This document shows, piece by piece, positions 37,971 through 51,519 of a DNA stretch of 64,000 nt (positions within the stretch are counted from its first letter, which is position 1; every line of letters begins with the position of its first letter). The notes under the pieces are model-generated. The model searched no databases. It was not told the origin of the DNA and saw nothing but the letters and a program-made list of their open reading frames with translations. The position numbers and the translations under genes are program-made. The stretch lies in the NCBI GenBank assembly GCA_951406725.2, contig OX597829.1, positions 37,820,001 to 37,884,000 of the forward strand. The letters run 5' to 3'. The stretch is from Octopus vulgaris (Eukaryota).

Positions 37971-39213
37971 TACTAATCTAATTTACAAGCAGTACAGTTT
38001 GTATAAATGTAGCCTGAACAAAAGAACTGAACTATTAGTGTTTTGCATGCACACATCCAAGTACGTTGTATGCAAATATAAGCCTCCTTGAATTTCATTC
38101 TGGTTCAGAAAAAATGTTGGTTTCAGAATATTTAATTAATAGGTTTAATTGATATATATTTTAATGTGTGTGGGTGTGTGTCTATATATGCACATGCGTA
38201 TAGATGCATACGTGCATATGTATACATGAATATATAATTCTGCATGTGTGTGTACACGTGTGTGTATGTATATATATATATATATACATACATACATATA
38301 TATGTATCTTAACAGTTGCATGCAAATATAATGTCCATATACACATTCATTCATTTTGAAAACATTAATTAAAGGCATTATTTTAGAACATTACTTAAAC
38401 AGCAACGCAATTTTATGACTTTGATTGCACGGAGTTTAAAATGTTTATAATAAAATTACCGTGGAAACCTGAAATGAAATCAAAGGCATCAACTTGGAGC
38501 AGCCGTTTTTGCATTTGCCATTCACAAAAGTTTTTAGACAAAGGAACATTAGCATTTTCTTCAAACTTTTATTTTCTGTTTCAAAAGTTATTCAAACAGT
38601 GAATATATCAAGAGAACTAGGCTTGGTTTATCAGCTGATGATTGGAAAAGAGCAACCCTGAGCACTGGAAATCAGAGCCCTCTACTTATAATGTATTAAA
38701 TAAAACTCTACATTTGTGTTGACTTCTGTAATGTATCACTTCAGGTGAATCAACCGTATCAGCATAATTGCACCCCTAAGACAATTACCCCACCTAGGAC
38801 AATTCCTCCCCAACAATAACTACCCTCTTGGTTAATTACCCCCACCCTCTCCAATATATTAAGAAGTTTTAAATCATCATCTGTTGTCCTCAGGGCTAAT
38901 TGTCCTTAAAGAATTATTGTCCGTGGGAGTTAAATGTCCTAGACTCAAATCAACAGATATATATATATATGTGTGTGTGTTTGTGTGTGCACGTGTATGT
39001 GCATACATGGGTTGGACAATACTTTTTTGAGGCAAATTTTCTACAACCAGATGCCCTTTCAGTTGCCAACCCTCACCTGTTTCCAAGTTGATATTCCCGA
39101 TGACCAGACATATTTTCATGGAAGGTTAGAAATGGAGGACACTGCTTGCATGACAGTAATACTCATTCACAATGTGTCAAAGCAAGAGATAGGAAGAAAC
39201 ATACATATACATA

Positions 39214-39278
<65 letters not shown>

Positions 39279-39929
39279 AGCTTCTTTCAGTTTTATCTAC
39301 CAAATCCACCACACATGGCTTTCGTCAGCCTGGGGCTATAGTAAAAACAACTCTCAGTCAAGGTGCTATACAAGGGATTGAACCTGAGAACATGTGATTG
39401 GGAAACTTCTTACCACACAGCCACACATATACTTTTTGATATATAAAAAAATAAACATACCTGCTCTGTTACACTGAGTGCGCTTTTATTTCTGACTTTT
39501 GGAGAACAAATTGCTAACGTGTGCATGCACACACGCATGCATGCATGTGTGTCCGTGTGTTGCATTAATGATGACAAAAACACAAGTGAGTATTCAAAAG
39601 CTAAAGACCGAGTTCTAATAAAAATTTAAATCACATAAGATGAATTTGCCAAGTTACGGTGTCTATTGTGTGAAGCACGTGTATCTGTTATCTGATAACA
39701 CTCATCAGTTCGTGTCTATTGGGAAGCAGTGATTGGTTAATAGCATCCTCGATAACTGTCCTTATCAAATACTTTGTAATTGTTGGCATCCTGTGGTATT
39801 TGATTATCTGTTATCTTTTACTTGTTCCAGTGATTGAACTGTGGACATGCTGGGGCACCGCCTCAAAGTGTTTAGCTGAACAAATTGATACTCGTACTTA
39901 ATTTACATTCTTCATTGAAGTCTAGCACT

Positions 39930-40325
39930 TAGACAGAAATCTATCTCTTTGCAAGCGTCGCCTGGCCTCCGTGCCGGTGGAACATAAAAAGCACCATCCG
40001 ATCGTGGCCGTTGCCAGCCTCACCTGGCCTCCGTGCCGGTGGAACGTAAAAAGCACCATCCGATCGTGGCCGTTGCCAGCCTCACCTGGCCTCCGTGCCG
40101 GTGGCACATAAAAAGCACCATCCGACCGTGGCTGTTTGCCAACCTCGTCTGGCACGTAAAAAGCACCCACTACACTCATGGAGTGGTTGGTGTTAGGAAG
40201 GGCATCCAGCCGTAGAAACATTGCCAGACCAGACTGGGCCTGGTGCAGCCTTCTGGCTTCCCAGACCCCAGTTGAACCGTCCAACCCATGACAGCATGGA
40301 AAGCAGACGCTAAACGATGATGATT
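39930..40325 (+). mobile_element. young RTE-type 3' UTR with a tandem array of about 62-bp units
   Basis: cctggcctccgtgccggtgg.ac.taaaaagcaccatccga.cgtggc x3, then ggaagggcatccagccgtagaaac...aaacgatgatga. Confidence 0.85.
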
Positions 40326-41042
40326 AAGTTACAGGGATGTAAAAAAGCCAATACTGGTTGTAAACTGGTGGTACAGAACACAGATACAAAGACACATACA
40401 TACATATACATACATACACACACACACACACACAAACATATTTAATATTATCTGGATAATAACCTCATAATATGCCTTTAAAAGCTCCTATACTGTTATC
40501 AGCCACCATATGCCATCATACAGCAGGGTTACCCCTCCATTTATATATGTGAGAGTATATACACACACACACACGACAGGCTTGTGTACAATTTCTGTCT
40601 ATCAAATTCACTCAAAAGGCATTTGTCGACCCAAGGCTATAACAGAAGGCAGTTACTCAAGGTGTTGTATACTGGGACTAAACCCAAAACCATGTGATTG
40701 CAAAGCAAGATTCTTAACATAGCCATCATTCCACCTTCAATTGCACAGCAATGCCCTTTAAACTGTTGTATTGTTTTTGTTTTGCTTTTCATTCCACACA
40801 TTTGTATGTGCAATCCCTCACAATTAAACTAATTTGTCTGTAAGATAGTAGCATGTACTTAATCATTGAAGATGCTTGTCGATACTCATTTTTCTAGATT
40901 GGATAATGATCCTTCTTTGAAAGTTAATTTTCTTTCTGTGGCCATAGCTTCTTCATTCAACATATCAGTTTAAAGAATGAAAGCAGTATTGGTCCAAAAT
41001 ATCATTATGTATATCTTACTTAATGTGGTATACAACAAATAG

Positions 41043-41269
41043 AAGGTGGCGAGCTGGCAGAAACGTTAGCACGCCGGGCGAAATGCGTAGCCGTATTTCG
41101 TATACCGTTACGTTCTGAGTTCAAGGTCGACTTTACCTCTCATCCTTCCGGGGTCGATAAATTAAGTACCAGTAACGCACTGGGGTCAATATAATCGACT
41201 TAATCCGTTTGTCTGTCCTTGTTTGTCCCCTCTGTGTTTAGCCCCTTGTGGCTAGTAAAGAAATAGGTA
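41043..41269 (+). mobile_element. SINE family B with TSD ggtatacaacaaa
   Basis: TSD at 41027-41039 and 41266-41278. Confidence 0.92.
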
Positions 41270-41746
41270 TACAACAAAAGTTCACAAAACTGCAGTATTT
41301 GTCTTGTGAAAGCTTCATGTATAGATGTCATCATCATCATCAACATCCACTTTCCATGTTGGCATGGGTTGGATCGATTGACAGGAGCTGGCTAGGCAGA
41401 AGATTGCACCAAGCTTCAGTGTCTGTTTTGACATGGCTTTTTACAGTTGGATGCCCTTCCAAATGCAAACCACTTTACAGTGTGAACTGAAGGCACAGAA
41501 GTATGTTTGGTAGAGACGTAAAAGCATCCAGGAGCATTGATGAAATTGTTAAAGACACAAAAATCTAGATTTCGTAATTCCATTGCCACTGTTGAACAAT
41601 TTTCATCTATTACTGGAGACATTACTTTATAGCCGTAAAACAATGACTCAATAATATATATATGCCTGTATTTGTCATTAATCTTAACCCGTTTTTTAAA
41701 CAGGAAATTCCATACATCTTTGAAGGTGTAAAACCAAGGGATGATA

Positions 41747-42147
41747 TACTCTTTACTCTTTTATTTGTTTCAGTCATTTGACTGTGGCCATGCTGGAGCA
41801 CCGCCTTTAGTCGAGCAAATCGACCCCGGGACTTATTCTTTGTAAGCCCAGTACTTATTCTATCGGTGTCTTTTGCCAAACCGCTAGGTGACGGGGACGT
41901 AAACACACCAGCATCGGTTGCCAAGCAATGCTAGCGGGACAGACACACAAACACACACACACATATATATACATACATATATACGACAGGCTTCTTTCAG
42001 TTTCCGTCTACCAAATCCACTCACAAGGCATTGGTCGGCCCGGGGCTATAGCAGAAGACACTTGCCCAAGATGCCACGCAGTGGGACTGAACCCGGAACC
42101 ATGTGGTTGGTAAGCAAGCTACTTACCACACAGCCACTCCTGCGCCT
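41747..42147 (-). mobile_element. SINE family A, full length
   Basis: Reverse full-length copy. Confidence 0.92.
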
Positions 42148-43439
42148 ATGTTGCAGAGAAGTGCAAATGTAAAGGAACACCCTTACAAACACCATTAAGC
42201 ACATTTTTTTCCCCCCCCCCTCATTCTGGCTTTTTACCTCATTTTCATCTGTTTTCTCTCCTCATTCCTTTCTGTAGACTCAAAACAGCAGAGGCTCTTC
42301 CATTTTCCCTGAGCATCAAACTAAGACACCTTCTCTACTGTTCCCTCACCTATCTTCTTTTTTTTTTTTATAATTAACTCAGTTGCAAAAGAGACCATCC
42401 CCACTCCCATTTGTGCCAACTATTTAATTTATTAGACAGTTGCTTTCTGTGGTTTGCATCTGACAGAAAAATCTTTACAAAGGTGTTAAAAACGCAATAT
42501 ATCTATCTATCTACATATAAGTAAATAAATCAAAGCAAGACAAACATTGTCCCAACGCTGACCTACAAGAATGCCAGATGTATTTTAACTTCCTTGTGTG
42601 TTGTCAATGATGTGTACTCATCAGTCACATGACTAGACAAAATCCGTTTCCCTCTTATATAAAGAAACATTGAATCATACATTCATTGGTACTGTGGAAA
42701 GCTGAACCACAAAGTTACAGGGATGTAAACAAACCAACCCAAGTTGTTAAGGAGTGGCAGAGGAGAAACACAAAGATACCAAGATAGGCTTCTTTCAGTA
42801 TTCATTTTGTCAGCTTGGAGATATAAGCGTACAAAACACTTGCCCATACAATGGGACTGAACCCAAAACCAAATGATTAGAAAACAAGCTCCTTAACCAC
42901 ACAGCCACACTTATGCCTATATATATATATTATATATCATCATCATCATCGTTTAGGCATACTTCACCCTACATCGTTAATTGGATCCAGGAGACAACTT
43001 AAGCTGAATTAAATTGTCCCTAGGCTAGGCTAGGCCAAATTTACTTGTCTCTAGGCTTAACTGATAATAACCATTCCCAGTTCTGTACTTTATTTATGAA
43101 TGCATTTTCTATAATACATGCTTAATAAAAACCTATTTTAAGCTTAAAAACAATTTTTATTTTTTAATACAGTACAGTAAAAAAAAGTAATCTAAATTTA
43201 CGAATACAATTTAGCAGTGTTTACCGTACATCACAGACGCTTTATTTATGAATGCGGTTTGAAAAAAGACATGGTAAAATAAAGCCTTTTTTAAGTTTAA
43301 AAAATGAATTCAGTAATTATTATTTCATAATAATAAAAAAAATGCCTAAATTATTTAAAATTTACCAATATGTACATACAATTTGGTGATTTCGTTCACT
43401 AAGCTACACTACTTTATGGTGTGTGTCTTAACATTTACT

Positions 43440-43985
43440 GTACCATTAACCATTCACACATATTTCTCACCTATCACATCTCTATTCTCTCTGATACACT
43501 GCTTTGCAGTCCTGAACACCTCTCAACTCTGATCCTCATGCTGTAGAACATTGGCAAACCTCTTACCTTCTGCTATTCCTTTCGCTATGTAAACCTGTTG
43601 CCTAGCCTCCCTTCTGGCTCCTTGATATAACGCTCTGCTTCCACCATTTTTACCAGTCCTTCAAGGCCTGTCTCTTTGCTTTTATAGCACTGCCCACCTC
43701 CTTTTTTTGACCACCATGTCACCCTCAGCCTAGCTGGGATTTTGCACTATCCACAGTTTTGGTCAGTAGCACCCAGTAAATTGTCCTGCAGGAACTTCCA
43801 GTTGTCCTCTAAGCTATCTGTTGCTTCCTCCTCCTCTCTATCGTCATTGGCTTCCAGTAAAATGTCTCTAAACTGTTGTTGGTTTGCTGGATCTTGCTGG
43901 AGCTTCCATAATCTTCTTTTCCAGCATTGTTTATTTCTGAGTCTCTCTAGCCCTAATTCTGAAGTCCTAAACTAGTAGCCTATGT
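43440..43985 (-). mobile_element. decayed RTE LINE internal fragment
   Basis: Minus strand EVFRTAKQCIRENRDVIGEKYV resembles the RTE pre-RT region. Confidence 0.55.
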
Positions 43986-44195
43986 TGGGGTGTACACTCT
44001 TCACCTGAGGAAGACTTCACGTGTGTGTGTGTGTTTGTGTGTAATTCTGTTTCATATATACATACATATAAATACATACACACACACATTATGTATGTAT
44101 GTATAAAATGCACCAACAGAAGGAAGTGCACGCAATACAGTAGTATTTATTAATTCTAAGCCAATGATTTACTCTACTGCTCTTCAGTTTCAGGT

Positions 44196-44235
<40 letters not shown>

Positions 44236-44296
44236 TTGTATGTGTGTGTGCATTTACATACACATAAACACAAATAGATATACATTATATATTCAT

Positions 44297-44329
<33 letters not shown>

Positions 44330-45374
44330 TTGTGTGTGCATGAATTCAATGTGTTGAATTTCATATACAAGTTACTTTGCCTGCCATATGGAATGATGAA
44401 GGTCGGAGTATCATACAGTTGGATGCTTTCTTTAATGCCAGAAACACAACCATGAAGTGAGCTATTTACCAATTTTTCAGCTAAGTTGCAATCATAAAGT
44501 GGAAATACAAAAATAGAAAAGAAGTGTGGGAGGATAGAGTGCACCCAAGAGGAAATCTGATTTTTTAAAAAAATGTTCTTATAGAATGGAAAAGGAATAA
44601 ACACAATGAATCAATGTGGACACTTAATCTGCAAGATATCACCCTCAAATCACACTGTCTTTAAAAAGGAAGGACACTTTGGATAATAGAGTCTCAATTA
44701 AAAATAAAGGGACATTTACATGTTGAGTGCCTTCGATCATTTGACTTCTCAAGCTAGAGTTAACCATGGGCTAAACATAATCAATAACAACATATAAATA
44801 TAAACTGAGAGATCCTCCACATGGTCACTTAACCTGTTAGAAATAGCAGTCACATTTTCTTCAAATCACACCTTACTGTTTTGTGTGTGTGTGTGTGTGT
44901 ATGTGGTGGGGAGAAAATGTACTGGATGGGTAATGCAGACTTACAGATGTTATATCCAAATAAAGGATTGGAGGATCAAAGCTGGACACATTTCACCATA
45001 TGTCTGCTCAAATAGTAATGACATGGAATTAAATAACATATGAAGATAAAAGTTCAGTTGTATAAGCACTTCGCTTTGAGTAGAACAAGCAAGCGACATC
45101 ATAAATAGGAATATAACTAACAGGTGAATATTGCTGGTATGGACAATGAAATAAGAACACTATTCCTGTGGATTTGATAAAGAATTTACTGCAAATTTTT
45201 AGAATGTTCCTAATGTGACAAACACCTGAAGATATAAAAGTCAAAACTGTGACCATGACAACAAAGATGAAGATACTATTCTGAATAAAACGGTTTATAA
45301 CAGTTTCAAATTTTGGCACAAAGCCGGCAATTTTAAGAGAGGAAGTAAGCCGATTGCACTGTACCCGGAGATTA

Positions 45375-46720
45375 AAAGAATTTCCTTTAGCATTAAGCTA
45401 TAAAAGATCCTTCAATATGGATAGTTATGATTTTGATAAATTCAGGAAAACCCTAATTAACCTATTCAAAGAATATAACCTAAAATCACAATTCTTGAAA
45501 GTGTGGAAATTGTTAATTTTATTAATATTACATACATTGTATATGAACACAAATGCTTTTTCCACCAAAAATCACAACGAAACAACTTACATCAACAAAA
45601 AGCTCCAAAATCCACAATCATGAATAATACCTTGTTGCTAACATAAGCAGAAGTTAAAAAATAAAAAAAAAGAAAAGAAAATTCAACAAAGCTATTGCAC
45701 CAATACAACTCTGCATTATCAATAGATTCAGTAAAAACTATAAATAACTACACCAAACAGGCCTCCCCACCACAAACACACAAAAGAAAAATGACTAGAA
45801 GGAGAAAATATCTGGTACAATCTTCTACATATCATATAAACATGACTTCAAACACAGCAAGAAACTTCTTGTGCCTGATAAGCAAATATCTTCCTATTTG
45901 ATAACAAATAGCACAAGATGTAAAATAAAGAAGTGTGAAGGCCAGCTACAGCAAATTAATTATGGACTCCTAAATCTTCCATTACACTTAAGATTTTAGA
46001 AATCATGTTCATTCTCAGCAATTTGAATGGAACTTTAAGAATACATAAACTTGCCCACTTTATACACACAAACATTTTTGATAGGTATCTCTACATATAT
46101 AAACGGCAAAATGTCTGTGTGCATGTCCTTTATACAAACCCACAGTTTTCAGTTAGAGAGCTCACACTTTCTATGGTCATTGAAAACCGTCCAAGGGTGG
46201 TCGTGCACATCTTTACATTTCCCCAGTCACCCCGCAAAGCCATTAAAAAATCAATAGAAGTGACTTTTTTGTGAATTTTCTATCCAAAATCCAATCAAAA
46301 TGCCCAAAACTTGATACACCAATTGAATGCCAGCTAGCTGTATGTGATTGGTCGGAGATTTGGACAGTACTCGCGTGTATGTGTGCACGCACGCAGCTGT
46401 ATATGCATGCACTAGCACTATGACCTGGTAACGCCGGGTCATAGTGCTAGTTTTGCATAAAACCACAGAAACAACAGCACGTGTTCTTTAAATTCCAGAG
46501 ATGGAATCGACTCAACAGATGTCACAATCAATCCCAATACATATGGACACTCAAGAGCAGAGGAATCTACAATATACCTATAAAATTGAGCACTATTGGT
46601 AAAGCCATACCGTATATAAACAGAACACATCGGTACAACTTCTGCATTGCTGAGAAATATCATAAAATTAATAACAGATTGTTACCTGTTTTAATTAAAC
46701 AGAAGACTTGATGGTTTAAG
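45375..46720 (+). mobile_element. decayed Penelope-like element (RT thumb plus GIY-YIG), possibly Naiad/Neptune-type, split by a Helitron
   Basis: DKFRKTLINLFKEYNLK, NETTYINK, RRR..WYN..YHINMTSNTARNFLCLISKY, SQYIWTLKSRG...KAIPY.N...NFCIAEKY; many frameshifts. Subclade is inferred. Confidence 0.75.
46088..46450 (+). mobile_element. non-autonomous Helitron, complete
   Basis: a|TCTCTACATATATAAA start; 3' hairpin gacctggtaacgccgggtc, then CTAG|t. Confidence 0.85.
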
Positions 46721-47034
46721 AATACAAGTGACTGCATTAACTTCCTTAGTATATGGTTACAAACAACCATCACAGTATATAACCTTTTGTGGCTAACAAA
46801 CAATGCATGGAGCATTGCCAGCAACACACAGATTATGCAAATTGAACTAAGTTGAACAAAAATTCATTACATGTAGTGACTATTTATAGCTGTCAGCTAA
46901 ATTTCTCTTCTGTAGGCAGTTGGAATAGTAATTCAATACCTAATGTGATTTCAAAACTGGTCAGGTAGATTTTTGTTCTGTCCACTGAAACAAATCAGGT
47001 GTGTTAAAAAATTACTACATATATATATAAAATC

Positions 47035-47400
47035 ATCATCATTTAACATCCTTTTTTCCATGTTGGCATGGGTTAGATGGTGTGACGAGTCAGAGAGCTC
47101 CAACAGGCTCTATGTCTGCTTTGACGTGGTTTCTATAGTAGAATGCCCTCCCCAATGCCAATCACTTGAAGTGTACTGGGTGCATTTACATGGCACCAGC
47201 ACCAGTGAGGTTGCCAAGTACCTGTAAGATAAGACCCCTAAACTGAGCAGGATACAGACTGGAAGAAACCATAATAGAAGGAGAGGAGCAGGTGTCTTGC
47301 TGAAGAAGTGAATACATGGTTTGCCCATTTGGAGAGAGAGAGAGACAGACAGTCAGAGGGATGGAGAGATAGAGAGATGTGAGGTTCAGGTACAATGTTT
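47035..47400 (-). mobile_element. RTE-type 3' UTR fragment
   Basis: atcatcatcatttaacatcc...ccatgttggcatgggtt...atgccctccc. Confidence 0.6.
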
Positions 47401-47412
47401 ATATGAGCGAAA

Positions 47413-48121
47413 GAACCTTTCTTGGACCGAATAGTAACTGGTGACGTGAAATGGGTTCTCTATAAAAATGTCAAGCACTGAAGACAGTGGGTAGGGAAAG
47501 GAGAAACACCAGTACCCCAGGCTAAAGGTCTTCACCCACATAAAGTGGTGTTATCTGTTTGGTAGGATATGAAAGGTTTAGTCCACTTTGAACTTGTAAA
47601 CCCAAACCAAATGATAAGAAAGTAGATCTACTACTTTGAGCAGCTTAAGTCAGCAATAGAAGCAAAACGGCCATCTTTGGTTTGAAGATGAAAGGTATTC
47701 TTCCATCAGGATAATGTTTGCTCACACACAGCGAGGATGACATTCCAAAGGCTAGAGCAGTTTGAATAGTAAACGATGCCCCACCCACCATATTCATCGG
47801 ACATTTCCCCGTCTGATAATCATTTATTCCGTAGTTTTCAAAATCATTTGGATGGAAAAAATATGAATTCTGTAGATGAGGTCAGAACAGTACTGGAGGA
47901 GTATTTTTCATCTTGGACAATTGAATTTTAGAAGAGGGCCCTTGCAAGTATCACGGATAAATGAATTTTAGAAGAGGGCCCTTGCAAGTCTACCAGATAG
48001 ATGAAAGAGCATTGTGAAAAATGAAGGAGAGTATATTTTAGATTAAAAAAGAACTTTATCTTAATTTTGAAAAATAAAAGAGGTATAAAAAAACCCACAT
48101 TATTTATGAGAAGACTAAATA
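47413..48121 (+). pseudogene. mariner transposase catalytic (DD34D) remnant plus 3' TIR
   Basis: EPFLDRIVTGDVKWVLY, FFHQDN, PHPPYSSDISPSDNHLFRSFQN with stops; ends cattatttatgagaagactaaa|ta. Confidence 0.9.
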
Positions 48122-48142
48122 TATATATAAATATATATACAT

Positions 48143-48356
48143 ATACTCTTTTACTTGTTTCAGTCACTTGACTGCGGCCATGCTGGAGCAGCACCTTTAG
48201 TCGAGCAAATCGACCCCAGGACTTATTCTTTGTAAGCCTAGCACTTAGTCTATCAGCCTCATTTTGCCGAACCGCTAAGTTATGGGGACGTAAACACACC
48301 AGCATCGGTTGTCAAGTGATGTTGGGGCGACAAACACAGACACACAAATACATATA

Positions 48357-48401
<45 letters not shown>

Positions 48402-48561
48402 GACAGGCTTCCTTCAGTTTCCGTCTACCAAATCCACTCACAAGGCTTTGGTCGGCCCAAGACTATAGTAGAAGACACTTGCCCAAGTTGCTACGCAGTG
48501 GGAATGCACCCAGAACCATGTGGTTGGTAAGGAAGTTACTTACCACACAGCCACTCCTACG

Positions 48562-48563
<2 letters not shown>
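48143..48563 (-). mobile_element. SINE family A
   Basis: Full-length reverse copy flanked by (TA)n. Confidence 0.92.
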
Positions 48564-48607
<44 letters not shown>

Positions 48608-50626
48608 GACACAAACTTTGTAATATCTTTGTATTTATTTGTATATAAGTAACCTTTTTATATAAAATTTCAATGTAAAAAAATCGGAATGTGACTCATA
48701 CATGAGACTGAAATCTGATGCCAACTTTTCCTTAACTTTATACATGGGAAAACATATGCCTTTATCCATGATTAAAGAGCTGATTCCTGGTAATTAAGTC
48801 ATTGTATGCAATATTAAAAACCCAAATCACATAAAGACTAGCAAACACACAGCCTAAAAATGTACCCTTCTTCCAGTTACGTCACATAAAAATAAAGGCT
48901 GCTTTTATTGAAGTTACACAGACAGACAGACCGACAGATAACAGTCATTAAATGATGATATATATATGGGAGAAAGAAATACATAAGGAAATTTATACAC
49001 ACACACACACTAATACATACATTTAAATACCATAAGTGATATGATTGCTTTGTTTTGTGCTAATGAACAGCTGGTCTTTGGTCTTACTCTGCTTTATCAG
49101 GTGCTATGACAATAACGGGAATGACTAATCTTTAAAGAATTCAGCTATTTTCTGCATTACTTTTTTTTAATGATTTTTTTTAATTTCCTTTTTATCCCAA
49201 TAAAACAAAATATTCTTCAATAACAGCAACAGTCACATCAATTGTCAAACAATTTCAGGTTATTTTCTCAGTGTTTATTTTTTTTTTTCCAATCTTGCAT
49301 AGTTGTTGTGTTTGTTTTATATTCTCCACAAATATATTACATGTTCCTGAGCAACTTTAAAAACTAGTTAGTCACTCTTAATAGCAAGACAAAAAAACAA
49401 AAAAAAAAAAAGTAGAAAGTATAACAATGTACATAGATATCTTTCTTTTTGTGTATGTGTGTTTTGTGACTTTAAGAAGACATTTTGTTGGGCCGGTGGA
49501 TATGATGATTGTGCTGGTGGCGGCAGTGGTGATGTCCTATGCTAGTGATGGTGGGGAACATTAAATCTGGTTTTCTTCACACAAAAGACAACTGGGTCTG
49601 GACAAACAAGTAGCTAATTTCAAGAATTTCTTTTTTTTTTCTCATTCGTTTCCAATTATGTCTGAAGATACCATTAAGTGCAAATATATGAACATGCATA
49701 GATACATGTAAACATCTGTGCATATATTATACAGATGAGTGTGTATACAGATAGACAGGTAGCTATATGTGTATGTGTATATGTATATATATATATATGC
49801 AAATATACATATATACCATCATATAGACATGCACACGCATACACATATATCTAATATATAGTAATTGTAAAATTTTTATGTATATACATGGCCAAAACTC
49901 TAAGCAATCCTCTAATTCAATCTAAAATGATAATAAAAGTCTTTAAACTTGCAATTTTAATATATTCTAAGGAAGTAGGTTTCTTTCTTTCTTTCTTTTT
50001 TTTTTTTTTTTTTTTACAATTTGAATACCATATTTACTCAAACCCCACAACTCACCACTTGATCACTTCCTTCATGTTTTTTTTTTTCCTTTTCTACCTC
50101 CATCTTTAGAACTTAGGTTTATTTTTTTGTCACTTCCGCTCACAGTCATGACAATATTGTTATAGAAATAATTTTTAACAACAGGAAGGAAATATTACTG
50201 ACATTACAGCAAGGAGGAGAATTAAAAAGTACATTCACGTTTTACACCTTATAATTATGATTTTTCTCATAAATGTTTTAAGAGTTATTTCACTTATTTT
50301 AAATTTTATTTTATCTATTTTTTTTTTGCTTCTTTTTCATATTTCACAAGTTTATAAGTTTGAAAAGTGAGGAAAAGATACTTTAACCCACATTTCCTAG
50401 CATAAATACCTCATCCACACTCTTCAGGCTTCATAATCTTGTGAGCTAGATGGTGAATTCATTAGTGACACAAAGGAAGCATTTAGTGCAAACCGAAAAT
50501 TGGCCGGCATAAGGAAGACCATCCAACAGCAGAAACTTTGCCACATCTATCTATATTTACATGGATCAGATGAATTTGTTAGACTGATATTCTACAGTTA
50601 GATGTCCTTCTTGTCACTAAACCATA

Positions 50627-50861
50627 CCTATTTCTTTACTACCCACAAGGGGATAAACATAGAGGGGACAAACAAGGACAGACAAACGGATTAAGTCGAT
50701 TACATCGACCCCAGTGTGTAACTGGTACTTATTTAATCGAGCCCGAAAGGATGAAAGGCAAAGTCGACCTCAGCAGAACTTGAACTCAGAACGTAACGGC
50801 AGAAAAAATCCTGCTAAGCATTTCGCCCGGCGTGCTAACGTTTCTGCCAGCTCGCCGCCTT
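50627..50861 (-). mobile_element. SINE family B nested in an A2 SINE
   Basis: Full copy; tacct on both flanks. Confidence 0.9.
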
Positions 50862-51359
50862 TACCTGTTTTCAAGGAAAGTAATATTTTTCCATAGTCTT
50901 GTTTTTCATGAGAAAATGAAAGAAACAACCTCACTTGTCTGATGATGATGACAATGATGCTCATTTACAATCATCAAGCGATGTCTACACAAGGCTACAC
51001 ACACACACACACATATATATGTGATGGGCATTGTTCAGTTTCCATCTACCAAGTCGACACATACAAGGCTTTGGTCAGCTCAGAGCTCTAGCAGGTATAT
51101 GCACAAAATGACACACAGTGAGACTGAACCCAAAATCACATGGCTGGGAATAAGTTTCTCAATCACACGGCCACGCCTCTGCCCGTATATATATATACTC
51201 TTTTACTCGTTTCAGTCATTTGACTGTGGCCATGCTGGAGCACTGCCTTTTATATATATATATATTTATAATTAAATAAGGATTGAAATTGATATTAATC
51301 AATTAAAACCAGTGGCCTAGCATATTTAAAAAATCCAAAGATTAAAAATTTTTTTACAA

Positions 51360-51489
51360 ACAAAATTTAGAGGATTGACCACTAAAAGTGGACAGCCTGT
51401 ATGCTAGATATAGACGTCAAAATTGATTTTGATGTCTATATCTAGCATACAGGCTGTCCACTTTTAGTGGTCAATCCTCTATATTTTGT
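51360..51489. repeat. near-perfect palindrome, 64-bp arms, 2-nt loop
   Basis: 51360-51423 versus 51426-51489, two mismatches. Confidence 0.95.
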
Positions 51490-51519
51490 ACATATATATA
51501 TATTGATCCACACATACCA

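Noticed and set aside
39958-40165. CRISPR-like repeat-spacer appearance
   Set aside because: Eukaryotic LINE 3' UTR; spacers within the array are near-identical and there are no cas genes
24864-47413. A giant intron splicing the two mariner halves into a domesticated gene
   Set aside because: No GT donor at the left break, and both halves contain stops or frameshifts
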